Shown here: positions 1 through 10,742 of the stretch, piece by piece
Layout: every line of letters begins with the position of its first letter
Numbering within the stretch: position 1 is the stretch's first letter
Notes under the pieces: generated by a model
Database searches by the model: none
The model's input: the letters and a program-made list of their open reading frames with translations, nothing else
What the model was told of the DNA's origin: nothing
Made by a program: the position numbers and the translations under genes
Source of the DNA: Jimgerdemannia flammicorona
Lineage: Eukaryota
DNA length: 35,212 nt
Assembly: GCA_003990765.1 (NCBI GenBank)
Contig: RBNJ01000257.1
Span: forward strand, 1 to 35,212
Direction of reading: 5' to 3'

Positions 1-1429
1 TTTTTTTTGCGTGTCTTCAATTCCGAGAAATAGCAAGGCTGAAAATAAGTGCGGTAAGGGTAAGGATTCACAAAACCAAGACTGTCTTATACGTTCCGAC
101 GGCATGTTGGAGATATTGTTCCAATGAGATTGTGACTTTATGTACGCCATGCCTTCCGAAAAATACTTGGCATGATATTCTTCAACTTATCTTCTCGTTT
201 TGGTGTCAACCTCACTAATGGTTTGTTGGTGGAATTCGGTTTCCGCACCACCAAAAGATTATTCACGTCGGAGGTCCACGGCCTGAGTTGCGAGAACTAC
301 CTCCTAAATCAAGCCTACAATTACAACCTTTGCGGGGCCACACAACTCCAGAAACCTGGACATCCGACTATATCACCGTAATTGTATATACACGATCCGC
401 TCCTGAACTTCGTGACACGTTGGGATCAATACCACAAGCTCTAGTATAAAGGAAAACGAAATCTCTCAGTTAGTCGAGAATTGCATGGGCGTGGGCAAGC
501 AAAGGTAATACGCGAAGTTACAGCAAATAGCAGAATATAAGTAAAATAAATATATATATATAATGCGTGAATAACTAGCGAGAATTGGAGGGTGGAGAGC
601 GCTTGTCTTCTACAACCCCAGACATCCGACCACGAAGAAAACCTGCTTACCTAGACCAGACCAAATTGATCCTGATCTTCAAGAAAAACCTGGTTCCAAA
701 CCAATGCGTGCAAGAGATTTTCCAGTCAACACAACTACCGCCGCCGGCGGTTGGAACCGGAAAGGAATTGATCACGATATTGCCTGCTTGTCGACTCGAG
801 ACTACTTAGGGGTAAAGACGAAGCCATTCAATTTGAGGAGGTGCCACTGTTTTTATCGCCATGGCTGGCAGGATGTTGAGGCTAAAGTGGACTAAGGATG
901 GCTGGCCTAAGTGGGTATTGTGCGTCAAATACCCATCCGATAATAACGAAACCAAAACCTTTTTCGCAACTGTTCTTGATTATGTTCTAAACTGCGGATG
1001 TGTAAAAAAAAATCAGAGGTTTCTCTTCAATAAGTTGACACAATCATCCGCTGCAATCCGCAACAAATGAACCCACCATTTGACAACCTTTGTTCCAGTT
1101 GACAGCTGTTTGATAACACGCTTTTAAAATTATCGTTTCCATAATTTTTCGGGCACTCCCATCAACTTTCTGATACGGTTTTCTTTGTTCTAAATTTGAA
1201 CCTCAGATATACTGTGCACACCTTCTTTGATCATGTGAAAAACGGGTTGCTTCGAAAAGAACAAGGAGGTGCCGACATGACAATGCCATTTTACGCTCCG
1301 ACACAGACAGGTGACGTTGTTCTGGGGTTCACTTGGACATATCGGAACCAGGGTTAAGACAAAAGTGGATGATTTTCTGTGTGGCGACGTCACTGGTCGA
1401 TCATACGCTATCGAAACGCCTCCCGAACC

Positions 1430-1435
1430 TATAAA
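1430..1435 (+). promoter_or_regulatory. Putative TATA box of the 1475..1846 ORF
   Basis: TATAAA 45 nt upstream of an ATG in good context (ACAATGTC). Confidence 0.3.
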
Positions 1436-1474
1436 TGCGAGACATCCGAGCATCGGTACGTTATCCACATAACA

Positions 1475-1846
1475 ATGTCAAACCATCGAGGCAACCTCCC
1501 ATCTGTTCCCGCCTCCCCTGTCGTCCCACCGACCCCGCAAAACTCTATTTCCACCCCCCCCACCGACAACCCCGCGCCCTCCGACCACCACCCCGTCGCC
1601 GCCATCGCCACCACCGGCGAGGACGAACTCAACTACTACCCGTTGTTGATGAGCGAGCACGGAAACGAGGAGCCCATCGCCTCTTCCCTCTCGCCTCCCG
1701 CCGGGCAGTCTCCCACCCATCATCCTCATCACCACGAGGAAGAAAATTGGGACCTGTACCCCGCCATTGTGCAGATGTTACATGAGATGGAAAACGGAGG
1801 GGAGAGGAAGGATAAAAGAGCTGGCGAGCGTGGAAGGCAGGAGTGA
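1475..1846 (+). CDS. Hypothetical small disordered Pro/His/Glu-rich protein (123 aa)
   Basis: GC-rich, C3-biased island in AT-richer DNA; ATG at 1475 in frame with the listed 1379..1846 ORF; upstream TATA; AT-rich sequence after the stop. No domain recognised. Confidence 0.5.
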   Translation: MSNHRGNLPSVPASPVVPPTPQNSISTPPTDNPAPSDHHPVAAIATTGEDELNYYPLLMSEHGNEEPIASSLSPPAGQSPTHHPHHHEEENWDLYPAIVQMLHEMENGGERKDKRAGERGRQE

Positions 1847-3184
1847 TTTATAAGAGACAAGATTTCCAAGCGGACAAAATGTTCGTGGCAACAATTTTAA
1901 AATTCGAATTATGTAAATTGAACCAGAGCTCTTTTTCGCATCTTTTTTATTTCACGTTTTATTTGCTCTGAATTTTGGTAATAAATGCGAAAAATTTATT
2001 AGCAACAAAGTCGATAGAAAAACACTACGTCTTTCTTAATGTGCATCCATCGACTTCATTCGCGAAAGCCGCGAGGCTGCACACGACATCACAATAAAAT
2101 GCTGAATTCGTTCGTGTCGGTTGCAAATACCGGAAAACGAGCTTCTGTCGATGAGACAGAAATGCGGATTGCTGCTGGTACGTCACAATCTTTTGTTCAG
2201 TCTTTATTTTGTTCCTCACTGAGGAATTCTTCCCCACCAATGATTTATGATTCTCAAACGTCTTTCCACGATATTAGTATCTCGGCTCTTGTTGGGCGAC
2301 AAACCAAGTTTTAGGGCGGAATCGAGCGTGGTTCGTTCCGGTAGCCTCAAAACATGCATAAGGAATGATTTGCATTGATTCACTCACCACTTTTTACTCT
2401 GTGCACAATCGCTCTAGATTCAAGTCTGTACTGGTCAGATAAGTACGCAACAGTATGTTAGTATCGAGTCGTTACTTTTTGAGCGAAATCTCACGGCGGG
2501 TCTCGGTCCATCGATTGTTTGACTATGAAACACAATGTCTATCGGAACGATATTGGAATCCCGCTTATTAACCTTGTGCGAGCAAAACTCACCGAAGGTC
2601 TGCCGAGAAATACAGTCCCTTGGCTCGCATCACATATGTAGCCGATACATATGCGAAAAAAAAAAAAAAGAAAAAAAAAAAAAACATGTATACGGTACGG
2701 TTCAACTTGAAATGAGCCTTCATTTCGCATTATCATTCAGTTTTTGCGATGCGACGTCATAGTTTTCACATATATTTTGTTCTATTATCCCTTGTCTTTC
2801 AAGACACAATTACAAGTTTCCAAGTGCAAACAAGTTGCGTCTTCTCCTGTTTACCCTTTCTGGGCCTCGACAATATTGTGTCAACCCCGATCATAGATAT
2901 CATTGTTGTCAAGGTCACATGATGACATCTCGATAATACCCAGTAGCAGATTAAGGGCCAGGCCCAAATCGCTTAATTCCTATTGTTGTCCAAACTGGAT
3001 ATTTTTTTTGTCGTCAAATGTACTCGCGGTCGAATTCTACGGATTTTTCTGGTAGTATATATTAGTGAAACCCCCATAAAAAAAAAAAAAGTATCCATTC
3101 CCACCTAAGCCCGCGACGATTTCCATAATCGCACTATCGTATCTTTTCGACATCTTGAGCTTCAACTTGTGATATCACCATTCA

Positions 3185-4303
3185 ATGTCGTACATTCCAA
3201 TCCTGCGCACTTCAGAGTTTTCCTGTCCCGCCTGCTACATTAGCTGCGACAATCAGGCGGACCTTGACCGCCACACGAGCTCCGAGTGCTACCTCCTCGA
3301 TATCCCATGCCATTACTGCCGGAAATCCCAGACTATATTCAGTTTAAACACCCACATGAACAATTGTAACATGCGGCCTCCAATTTTACCCGACACTATG
3401 CTAAATCCTGGAGAGATGCCAGGTATGGCAGCTCAAGCAGAGCAGTGGCAAATGACAGATCAAGCCGAGCAATGGCAAATGCCAGATCAAGTCGAGCAAT
3501 TGCAAATGACAGATCAAGCCGAGCAACGGCAAATGACAGATCAAACCACACAATCGTTACCCTCGGATATGTCCATCATGGCGGAGCAGGATTTCGGGGA
3601 AGCCGAACAATCGCTATTCCCATACCAGACCACGGATCTTATAGAAGAGATGTCAGATAATCCTACACAAGCCCATCGCGGGCCGATGGAAGGTGAGTCC
3701 ATCGGGTTACCACCGATGGATATGTCATTCGTCGTGCCGCATTTGTGGTCTGGTAATTTGGTGCCACCAATGACAACGCAAACGAAGCAATTCCAAAAAC
3801 CAAACCAGCCCATGGGGTTTTTATCATCAGCGGCATCCATTCTCATGTCGGATCCCATGCAAGCCATGCCAACTTCGTCAATGCAAATCGTGCCACGCCG
3901 AATAACGGATCAGTCCAAGAGGTTCCGTTGTCCCGGCTGCGACATGGGTTTTCCCACCCCAGGACAACTTGATCGCCACATAAAAGGCAAATGTGCCAAG
4001 CTCAGCGGTGTCGCGTGCCCAAAAGGATGCGGAGGGATTTTCGCACCCGAACCCATGGAGCTCCACATGAAAAACTGCAAGGTCTCCACGACCCTTAAAT
4101 GCGCTTCTTGCGCTGCCGTGTTCGACAAGAGGGAACAGCTCTCCGTGCATCTTTTTGGGAATTGTACCAGGATCAACGGCTGTGAGTTTTGTCCGTATTG
4201 CCGCAAAATTTTCAACCGCACCACGCTGCAGCTTCACAAGGTGGAATGTCCATCACGTCCCGAAACGGTTGCTCCGCCCCAGCGTGTCAATCAGCAAGAA
4301 TGA
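3185..4303 (+). CDS. Multi-zinc-finger protein with six C2HC (TRAF/XAF1-like) fingers and a Met/Gln/Pro-rich linker (372 aa)
   Basis: Six Cx2-3C-x11-12-H-x3-4-C motifs: CPAC..HTSSEC, CHYC..HMNNC, CPGC..HIKGKC, CPKGC..HMKNC, CASC..HLFGNC, CPYC..HKVEC. Intact single-exon ORF. Confidence 0.85.
   Translation: MSYIPILRTSEFSCPACYISCDNQADLDRHTSSECYLLDIPCHYCRKSQTIFSLNTHMNNCNMRPPILPDTMLNPGEMPGMAAQAEQWQMTDQAEQWQMPDQVEQLQMTDQAEQRQMTDQTTQSLPSDMSIMAEQDFGEAEQSLFPYQTTDLIEEMSDNPTQAHRGPMEGESIGLPPMDMSFVVPHLWSGNLVPPMTTQTKQFQKPNQPMGFLSSAASILMSDPMQAMPTSSMQIVPRRITDQSKRFRCPGCDMGFPTPGQLDRHIKGKCAKLSGVACPKGCGGIFAPEPMELHMKNCKVSTTLKCASCAAVFDKREQLSVHLFGNCTRINGCEFCPYCRKIFNRTTLQLHKVECPSRPETVAPPQRVNQQE
3434..3544 (+). repeat. 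Coding minisatellite, 4 x 27 bp (QAEQWQMTD)
   Basis: Copies at 3434, 3461, 3488 and 3515 of consensus CAAGCCGAGCAATGGCAAATGACAGAT with 1-2 substitutions each. Confidence 0.95.
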
Positions 4304-5522
4304 ATTAAAAGTGTCAGCAATTGAAAGTATCAGCAACAAACTCGTCTGGTTATTTTGGCGAATCTTTGTACGTTCTTGGTATACATGAGATTCCGACTTT
4401 CCATGAAAAAATGATTTTGAAATTGTGAGTTCTGTAAACTGTGAGAGATACATAGGTGTATGCGAACATAGAGGTAGCCGCATCGGTCAATGAAATTGAA
4501 TAAATGCAATTGCAAGTTTAATCTTGATAACTGGCCTCGCAATGTCCTGCAACACAGTCAAGCCGAGCACTCTCGGCGATTGTGATTGTGGTGATTGGTT
4601 TTCTTTTTTTTGCAAAGGCTCTTCGGTATCGCTTCACATTTGACTGTATCAATAAGGTTATTTCACAGCAACTGTCGGAATTCCAGAGATAGACGCTTGT
4701 CCGCAAAGTATTAATGGAATTCTCTCAGAAACAAATACAGCTTATTATGAAGCAACTAGCTGTGAAATAGGTCTGAAACCGACAATCAATTCTACAGTCG
4801 GTCAACAACCTGGTCGCAGAAGACGCCAACTACCGCTGGAACTGGAAGGAGCAGGTCTGAGCCAGACAGGACTTGATTGCCACCTTTTTGAGTCTAGGCT
4901 AGAACCCCAATCGGACGTGAAGAGTCGTTTTCCAATGTAAGAAGTTGGCATGTAAAGTAGCATGGTATTTCTTAGGACACGCACCCAAGCCTGGTATCGA
5001 TACAAAGGACAAGAGTTTTAATCTATCTATTTATTATTATTATTTTTGGAATACTAGGGGCCGTCGCCGAAGATCTTTTTGCACCGTGCAATTCTACCTG
5101 AGTTGAATCCGAGATAGCCTGTCTTGGATAATTTGATTAATTATGGCATGATGGAGATCTTTGTGTGTGTTACCAAATTATAGTTTCACCAGGTTATATG
5201 CTGACATGTATTGCGAATGCGCCAAAAACCGCATTTTTCAATTTTCCGGTTGGAGAGACGATCTCTACTGCTTACACTCCGTTGCCGAGAATTCTGCTTG
5301 TTGAGTACCAAATATTCGGGATTTGATTGGGCGACTGTCAACGAGTAGCCTTGCAAGGGTGAGATCATCAGTCTGCATCCAGGAGGCAATTCTAGGTCGC
5401 CACGACCACGGTCAACCACGGTCAACTGACACCCGCTGGTGCAACATGGATTTCCAAATCAATCGACGGGGGAGTATTTGTATATCATTTCCTGCGATAC
5501 TGCTGTCTTCAAGGACTTTCCC

Positions 5523-6227
5523 ATGTCCTCCTGGCTCCAAACTTTCCGCGTGCGCGCGCTTCATAAACGCAACGCCCGAGCTCCTCCCATCTTGCTCTCC
5601 TCCGATATCCTTGAAACCATCTTTGCCTTCCTCCACCCGCTCACAAGAACTGACTCTCAAAACTTTCATGACCTATCCCCTCTCCTCGACCTCCTCTCTT
5701 GCTCCCTCGTCTCCAACTCTTGGCACCGCGCCGCCCACACCCTGCTCCCGGAAACCTTTCTTCAGCGTGTCTACCTCGGCGGCGAATCCCGGGACTCCAC
5801 CGCCGTGTGCGCACGCCTCGTCTCCCTCCTTACCACCTCCAGTCGCATGAACGTGGACTACGGGTCTCGCATCCGCGACGTTCACGTCAACCTCCGCCCA
5901 CTTCCGGGGATGCTCTACAACTCCCCGCACGAGCGCGTTGTTCTGGCGGTCTTACGACGCGCGCCCAACGTGCGCACACTCGACGTCGCTGTTCCCAGGC
6001 TCGCCAGATCCCGCGGGTTTGTGAGACAGGCGGCGAAATTGTGTGGTGGGCTCACTCGGTTCGTGCTGATCGGGTACGAATTCACAGAACCTGATAAGGA
6101 AGCGGTACACGTGCGGTATTTAAGATTCGAGGGGGGGAAGACGGAAATTGTGTCGCCCTCCTGGAATGCTTGGTGGAAGAAGATGAAGCCGGTGGCAAAC
6201 CGGGTGGCGGTCGGCGGAAAGGTGTAG
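5523..6227 (+). CDS. F-box-like protein with short LRR-like C-terminal part (234 aa)
   Basis: LSSDILETIFAFL...DLLSCSLVSNSWHRAA is an F-box-like signature; YGSRIRDVHVNL and LRRAPNVRTLDV resemble F-box/RNI-like repeats. ATG 5523 was chosen because C3-rich codon bias starts there. Confidence 0.75.
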   Translation: MSSWLQTFRVRALHKRNARAPPILLSSDILETIFAFLHPLTRTDSQNFHDLSPLLDLLSCSLVSNSWHRAAHTLLPETFLQRVYLGGESRDSTAVCARLVSLLTTSSRMNVDYGSRIRDVHVNLRPLPGMLYNSPHERVVLAVLRRAPNVRTLDVAVPRLARSRGFVRQAAKLCGGLTRFVLIGYEFTEPDKEAVHVRYLRFEGGKTEIVSPSWNAWWKKMKPVANRVAVGGKV

Positions 6228-6739
6228 GATGTCCGCCTGCGGAACTAATCACATCGCGCAGCTCCATGTGTACAAGGTGATGAGCATGTAGCAATCATCC
6301 TGATTTTACTAGCATTGCACGTAATGCGATCTATTTTATTATCAATTCCCGCGAACGCGGTTATTATATATTCATATCAAGCATTTACTATAACATACAA
6401 TATAATTATCTTTTTATTTTTATTATTTTATTTTTGCGCTTTTCATTCACGTTTGCCATCCTAGAACGGCCCATTGAGTGTACCGGGGTTGTGATCCTAC
6501 ATCTCTTTGCGCAGTGAATAATATGCCGCAACAAAGCTAAGATAAGGTTTGTGACCAATTTATTTTTATGTTATTATTATCCTGTTGTAATTACGATATA
6601 TTGGGACTCCACAGGACATGGACGATAACTATGTACAACCTGGGGAGCGTGAATCCTCAACGCCAGTGTCCCGCACCCACTCTATATACACGGATAATGA
6701 CCACACGCTTAAACAATGGTACTGAAACTGGAGCATTTG

Positions 6740-7318
6740 TCAGCGTCCGCACCCACTGTCGTCATATGAGTACCCTTGCACGCATTGCCTGTCATGGGTG
6801 GAAATCTGGCCACGCCTGGTGAAGCAGCCACCTGCGTCGAGATTGTCGCACTCACATCCGCAGGTGTCGTAAGGGTAGCCGTACTTTCCGAAGCTGTCGC
6901 AACCTTTGAATCCGTTGTAGGGGAACTCGCACGCACCGAACTCGAAGCTAGGGAAACCATCACAGCCGTAGCCGCAGAATTCGAAGTCGTTGTATGGGAA
7001 TCCGCACGTGCCAAACTCGTCGCTCGGGAAGCTATCGCAGCCATAAGCGTCGGTTCCAAGATTGTCGTTTAGGAACCCGTACGCGCCAAATTCGCAGTTT
7101 GGGAAGCCATCGCAACCATAGCCATAGGCACCGAAATCACCAAGAGGGAAGCCGCAACAGCCGAAATCGCAAACCCCTGCTTCAAAGCTGCGCGCGTCGA
7201 GGGCAGGTTGCAGAGACTCGCTGTGGAGGTCAGGGACGGGAGGGGCGGCGCCGAAAGTGATGAGGAGGACCGGGATAAAGAGGGTCTTGAACAAGGTGGC
7301 GACGTTTTGCTTGTCCAT
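6740..7318 (-). CDS. Putative secreted Cys/Gly/Phe/Tyr/Asp-rich repeat protein (192 aa)
   Basis: ATG at 7318 followed by a hydrophobic signal-like segment (LFKTLFIPVLLITFGAAP), a pro-like segment ending LDAR, then 17 Cys with GYGCDGFP-type repeats. TATATATA at 7431-7440 upstream. Confidence 0.75.
   Translation of the reverse strand: MDKQNVATLFKTLFIPVLLITFGAAPPVPDLHSESLQPALDARSFEAGVCDFGCCGFPLGDFGAYGYGCDGFPNCEFGAYGFLNDNLGTDAYGCDSFPSDEFGTCGFPYNDFEFCGYGCDGFPSFEFGACEFPYNGFKGCDSFGKYGYPYDTCGCECDNLDAGGCFTRRGQISTHDRQCVQGYSYDDSGCGR
6899..7123 (-). repeat. Three diverged 75-bp (25-aa) coding tandem repeats
   Basis: Units start at 7123, 7048 and 6973: GYGCDGFPNCEFGAYGFLNDNLGTD / AYGCDSFPSDEFGTCGFPYNDFEFC / GYGCDGFPSFEFGACEFPYNGFKGC. 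Confidence 0.85.
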
Positions 7319-8901
7319 GGCTTTTGTTTGTGTGATTTGGATGGGCTGTAGGCTTTTTGAATTGTTTGATTGCCTTGGATCGGAATTCGTGAGAGAACTG
7401 AGGATGGGAAGGTAATACAAATGTCTGCAATATATATATACAATCTTGGTTGACTGAGCGGGCCCGCTCAAAATGCACCAATATGTTGACGAATGATGCT
7501 TCGCTCATTAACGCAAAAAAAAATAGATAGGCTTCCGAAGAACCACTATGGATCTTCCATCATGATCTCTTTCAGGCGCATAAAATTTGTCTAATTGAAC
7601 ACCGCGTGCTTTGCAGCGCCGAGTGATGGGATTCGGCACAATGGCCGCTTATATTAATTGGCAAGGTACTCGATGCCATCAACGGCGCTCATCCACGGAT
7701 ACACAATTAAAGTGGGGCTAATGCGCAGTAAACGACCAATTACGCACAGTACTCGGTATCGCCCGAGAGGGCCTATGACAGTATGCTGGTACGAACAATT
7801 GTCTTCCAACTGAATCGTGTTTGACGATGATGGGCGTTCATACTATTCCCATACCCACCAATTGGCGGTGTACGTAAAATATGTAAAGATGATTTGGATG
7901 AAAGAAGTGATAAATACCTGTCAAAGAAATAAACTAATTGCTTGAATTAATCAGAAGCCAAGAATCCGCATTTCGGCCATGGCAATCCATCGAATACTCT
8001 AACCATTACACACGTAGCTGGCTTGTTCTCAATTCGTATAAGAAATTTATCTTATATATAGTTGATGGGGGGTGGTGTGCTGCCTGTCATCGTAGTGTCA
8101 CGAGGAAAGTGTGTTGGCTAATTAATTATTCACGTTGTTTAAAAACGTAATGACATGGCAGATTTGTATCTATACGCTTACGGTCGTCCTCTGCATAAAA
8201 CAAAGTTGAAATACAGATATTGACCAAAGAATTCCTGCAAATTTCATGTTGCAAATGAGATTGTCCGAATCTAAAAATCGTTGTACTGTGGGAGGACTTT
8301 CAAAATGTAATTTCAGTGTTCTCTAGGTATGGACGTGGTTGGTAGTAGTGGTGAGCGTTGGCGTGGTCGACCAAAGAGCCTCATGCATCTCAAGGAAGAA
8401 TATTTTGAGCACACCAGTGAGCAGGCTAATTGGTTGGGTGGATGGTGGGTACGATGAAATGGAAATCTGGAAGAGCGGGGAGATTCATTTCTCAGTCACG
8501 TTGCCGCCAACTATCATCAAAATCGGTACTTGGAAGTTATATTATTGGTGGTAAAATTTGATCTTCGTAATTGGAGCTCAAACAACGGATTATGCCGCTG
8601 GCGAGGGTCTTCGCTCGGCCTTTTCGCAAGGGGTCCTACGAGCAGCCAAGACCAGCATAGCACCAAAGAGAAAGCAGAAGAAAATTCTGATTCATGACTT
8701 AAGCAGCGAGGGTGAACTCTCTTAGAGGGATGGTTATGGACCGAGGGAGTATCGGCAAGCAGCGGTTAGAAGGGTTCCTCAGAGGCAAGATAGAAGTGAG
8801 AACAAGGACCATGGCCCAACTAATCCATGAACACGTGATCCAAGGCAGGTCAACAAAGCCACTTCACCGCAGCGGTACTCTTTCGCCTCTTCCACCACGC
8901 T

Positions 8902-10392
8902 ATGAACAAGCTCCCCATCGAAACCCTCACCCATATCTTCGCCCAAATTCCCGACCCGACCGCCTGGTCTACTGTTAGTCACCTATTCCACAACATCTCG
9001 CGCGACCCGGCTGCCGTCGCCGAATGGAGCCTTCTCCGTTTCGACCGTTGGCGCGCCTTCGATGCGATGATCGGCCTTCACCCACGCATCCTCACTCCTC
9101 ACGTCTCCGTATGCATGCTCGCAAAGGGCGCCTATCTGCCCCGACATCTAGTTCAAACGGTGCTCCTACACCCAGGTATCCCGGGACTCAAGGACGAGAC
9201 GATCGGGACATTACAACACCATGCAGCGATGAAGTACGGGAATTGGGAGGCAGGACAAAACGACATCATTCTTCTCGAACCCTTGTGCGAAGAGGCAAGG
9301 ACCGCTGTTGCAGAAGACGACCCAGCCGCATCGCTATCAGACCAACTCCCCATCGGCCTCAAGACGGCCATTGACGAGCTCGTTCGACGCACACACTTCT
9401 ACCCTATCCGCTCGTCGATTCCGGGACACAACCAGAACTTCGAACTCATCCTGGTCACGCTCCTTATCTATGCCCGGTCCTATATGCAGGAGCTTTTCCG
9501 CCAAGGCTTCAGTGTGAAGGAAACCTCGGGCCCAATCAACGCCTTCCTTCCCATCCTCCAAGGCTCAGACTACTCAAATGCCAGACAAGCCAAATGCCTG
9601 AATTTCCTCCTCGCAGAAAAGGCCGTCGTCGTCCAACCCACAGAAATCCAAATCCTCCTCGTTTCTCACCTTCAATTCAACCGCTTTGAATCCGCCTTCG
9701 ACATTCTCCTCAATACATTCCCCTTTTCCCTTACGCCCCTAGTCCACAACGCCCTGCGTACCGTTCTCCCAGACCCAACCTGGCCTACAACCCTAACACA
9801 GCCTGCAGACCCAACCATCCCGGACTTCCTCTTTCGATCCATGTACCGTTTGCACCCGTCCCGCACCGTCCTGGACGAAGTCCTCGCCGCCCGCTTCGCC
9901 TCCACCCCGGAGGTATCCGACACTCTTATTCTCTCCCCATCTACCCTCAAGACCTTCCTACACGAGTTAAACTGGTCCGTCTACAGCCCGGGTGCCCGGT
10001 ACCTGTTTTCCCTTGCCGCGCGACGCATGGCACCCCCCAGTCCGCTCGCGAACGAGTACGCGGAGATCGCACGTCGGTGTGTGAAGGAAGGTTTTCGGTG
10101 GAGCGAGTCGCATTTTGATCTCATGTTTAAACAGACCAGCGTAGCTGATTTTAAACAGTTCATTTTGGACGTCGTCACCGAGGCCAAGCCTGTCGTTGTT
10201 GATCGTGGGGATGGAGAGCGTGCGATCTCGCTTGGGGAGTTTCTGACCGAATGGTTCAGGGAGAAAATCAAAGAAGTGGAGTTCTGGGAGGCGAAGAGTT
10301 GGCCGAGGTCGATTCCGAAGGATGCCGTTTTGAATGGGAGGGCTAGGATTAAGGAGGCGGTGAGGACGTGGTCGCAATTTATGCAGGGGTGA
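8902..10392 (+). CDS. Protein with N-terminal F-box-like motif and helical C-terminal region (496 aa)
   Basis: Long intact single-exon ORF. MNKLPIETLTHIF...VSHLFHNISRDP..VAEW...LAKGAYLPRHLVQ resembles, from recall, an F-box-like family expanded in Mucoromycota/Glomeromycotina. Confidence 0.85.
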   Translation: MNKLPIETLTHIFAQIPDPTAWSTVSHLFHNISRDPAAVAEWSLLRFDRWRAFDAMIGLHPRILTPHVSVCMLAKGAYLPRHLVQTVLLHPGIPGLKDETIGTLQHHAAMKYGNWEAGQNDIILLEPLCEEARTAVAEDDPAASLSDQLPIGLKTAIDELVRRTHFYPIRSSIPGHNQNFELILVTLLIYARSYMQELFRQGFSVKETSGPINAFLPILQGSDYSNARQAKCLNFLLAEKAVVVQPTEIQILLVSHLQFNRFESAFDILLNTFPFSLTPLVHNALRTVLPDPTWPTTLTQPADPTIPDFLFRSMYRLHPSRTVLDEVLAARFASTPEVSDTLILSPSTLKTFLHELNWSVYSPGARYLFSLAARRMAPPSPLANEYAEIARRCVKEGFRWSESHFDLMFKQTSVADFKQFILDVVTEAKPVVVDRGDGERAISLGEFLTEWFREKIKEVEFWEAKSWPRSIPKDAVLNGRARIKEAVRTWSQFMQG

Positions 10393-10709
10393 GGTGGCGG
10401 GAGGGAGTGGTTATGCATTTGCTTGTATTTCTTGTTAATTATTATGCTATGTATGCCGTAAAAGTATGCCTAATTGGCTTCAAACATTCCTCTTACGGCT
10501 TTCACCCGATGTACATGATATTAAAGCCCAATAACGTTCATCAAAGACGTCTAATCGTAATAGTACCCAACAAAAAGGTTCCCTCCGTGGACAATACCGT
10601 CACCTGGTTTACCGAGGTAGAACTTGTGGATGCAAAGCATAGTACAACTCTCGACTCCTAGCCGTGTTTGTTGGCGTGGAAATACCGTTAGATAGAGTGT
10701 CCAGACCTC

Positions 10710-10742
<33 letters not shown>

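Noticed and set aside
585..900. Open frame YNPRHP...GGWNRKGIDHDIACLS
   Set aside because: Possibly a gene remnant, but I cannot assign a family or splice structure.
3434..3544. Regularly spaced repeats as a possible CRISPR array
   Set aside because: Contiguous in-frame coding repeats with no spacers, in a eukaryotic gene.
6709..7072. Overlapping Ala/Thr/Ser-rich and antisense ORFs over the secreted repeat gene
   Set aside because: Shadow frames produced by the repetitive, codon-biased real ORF; no credible starts.
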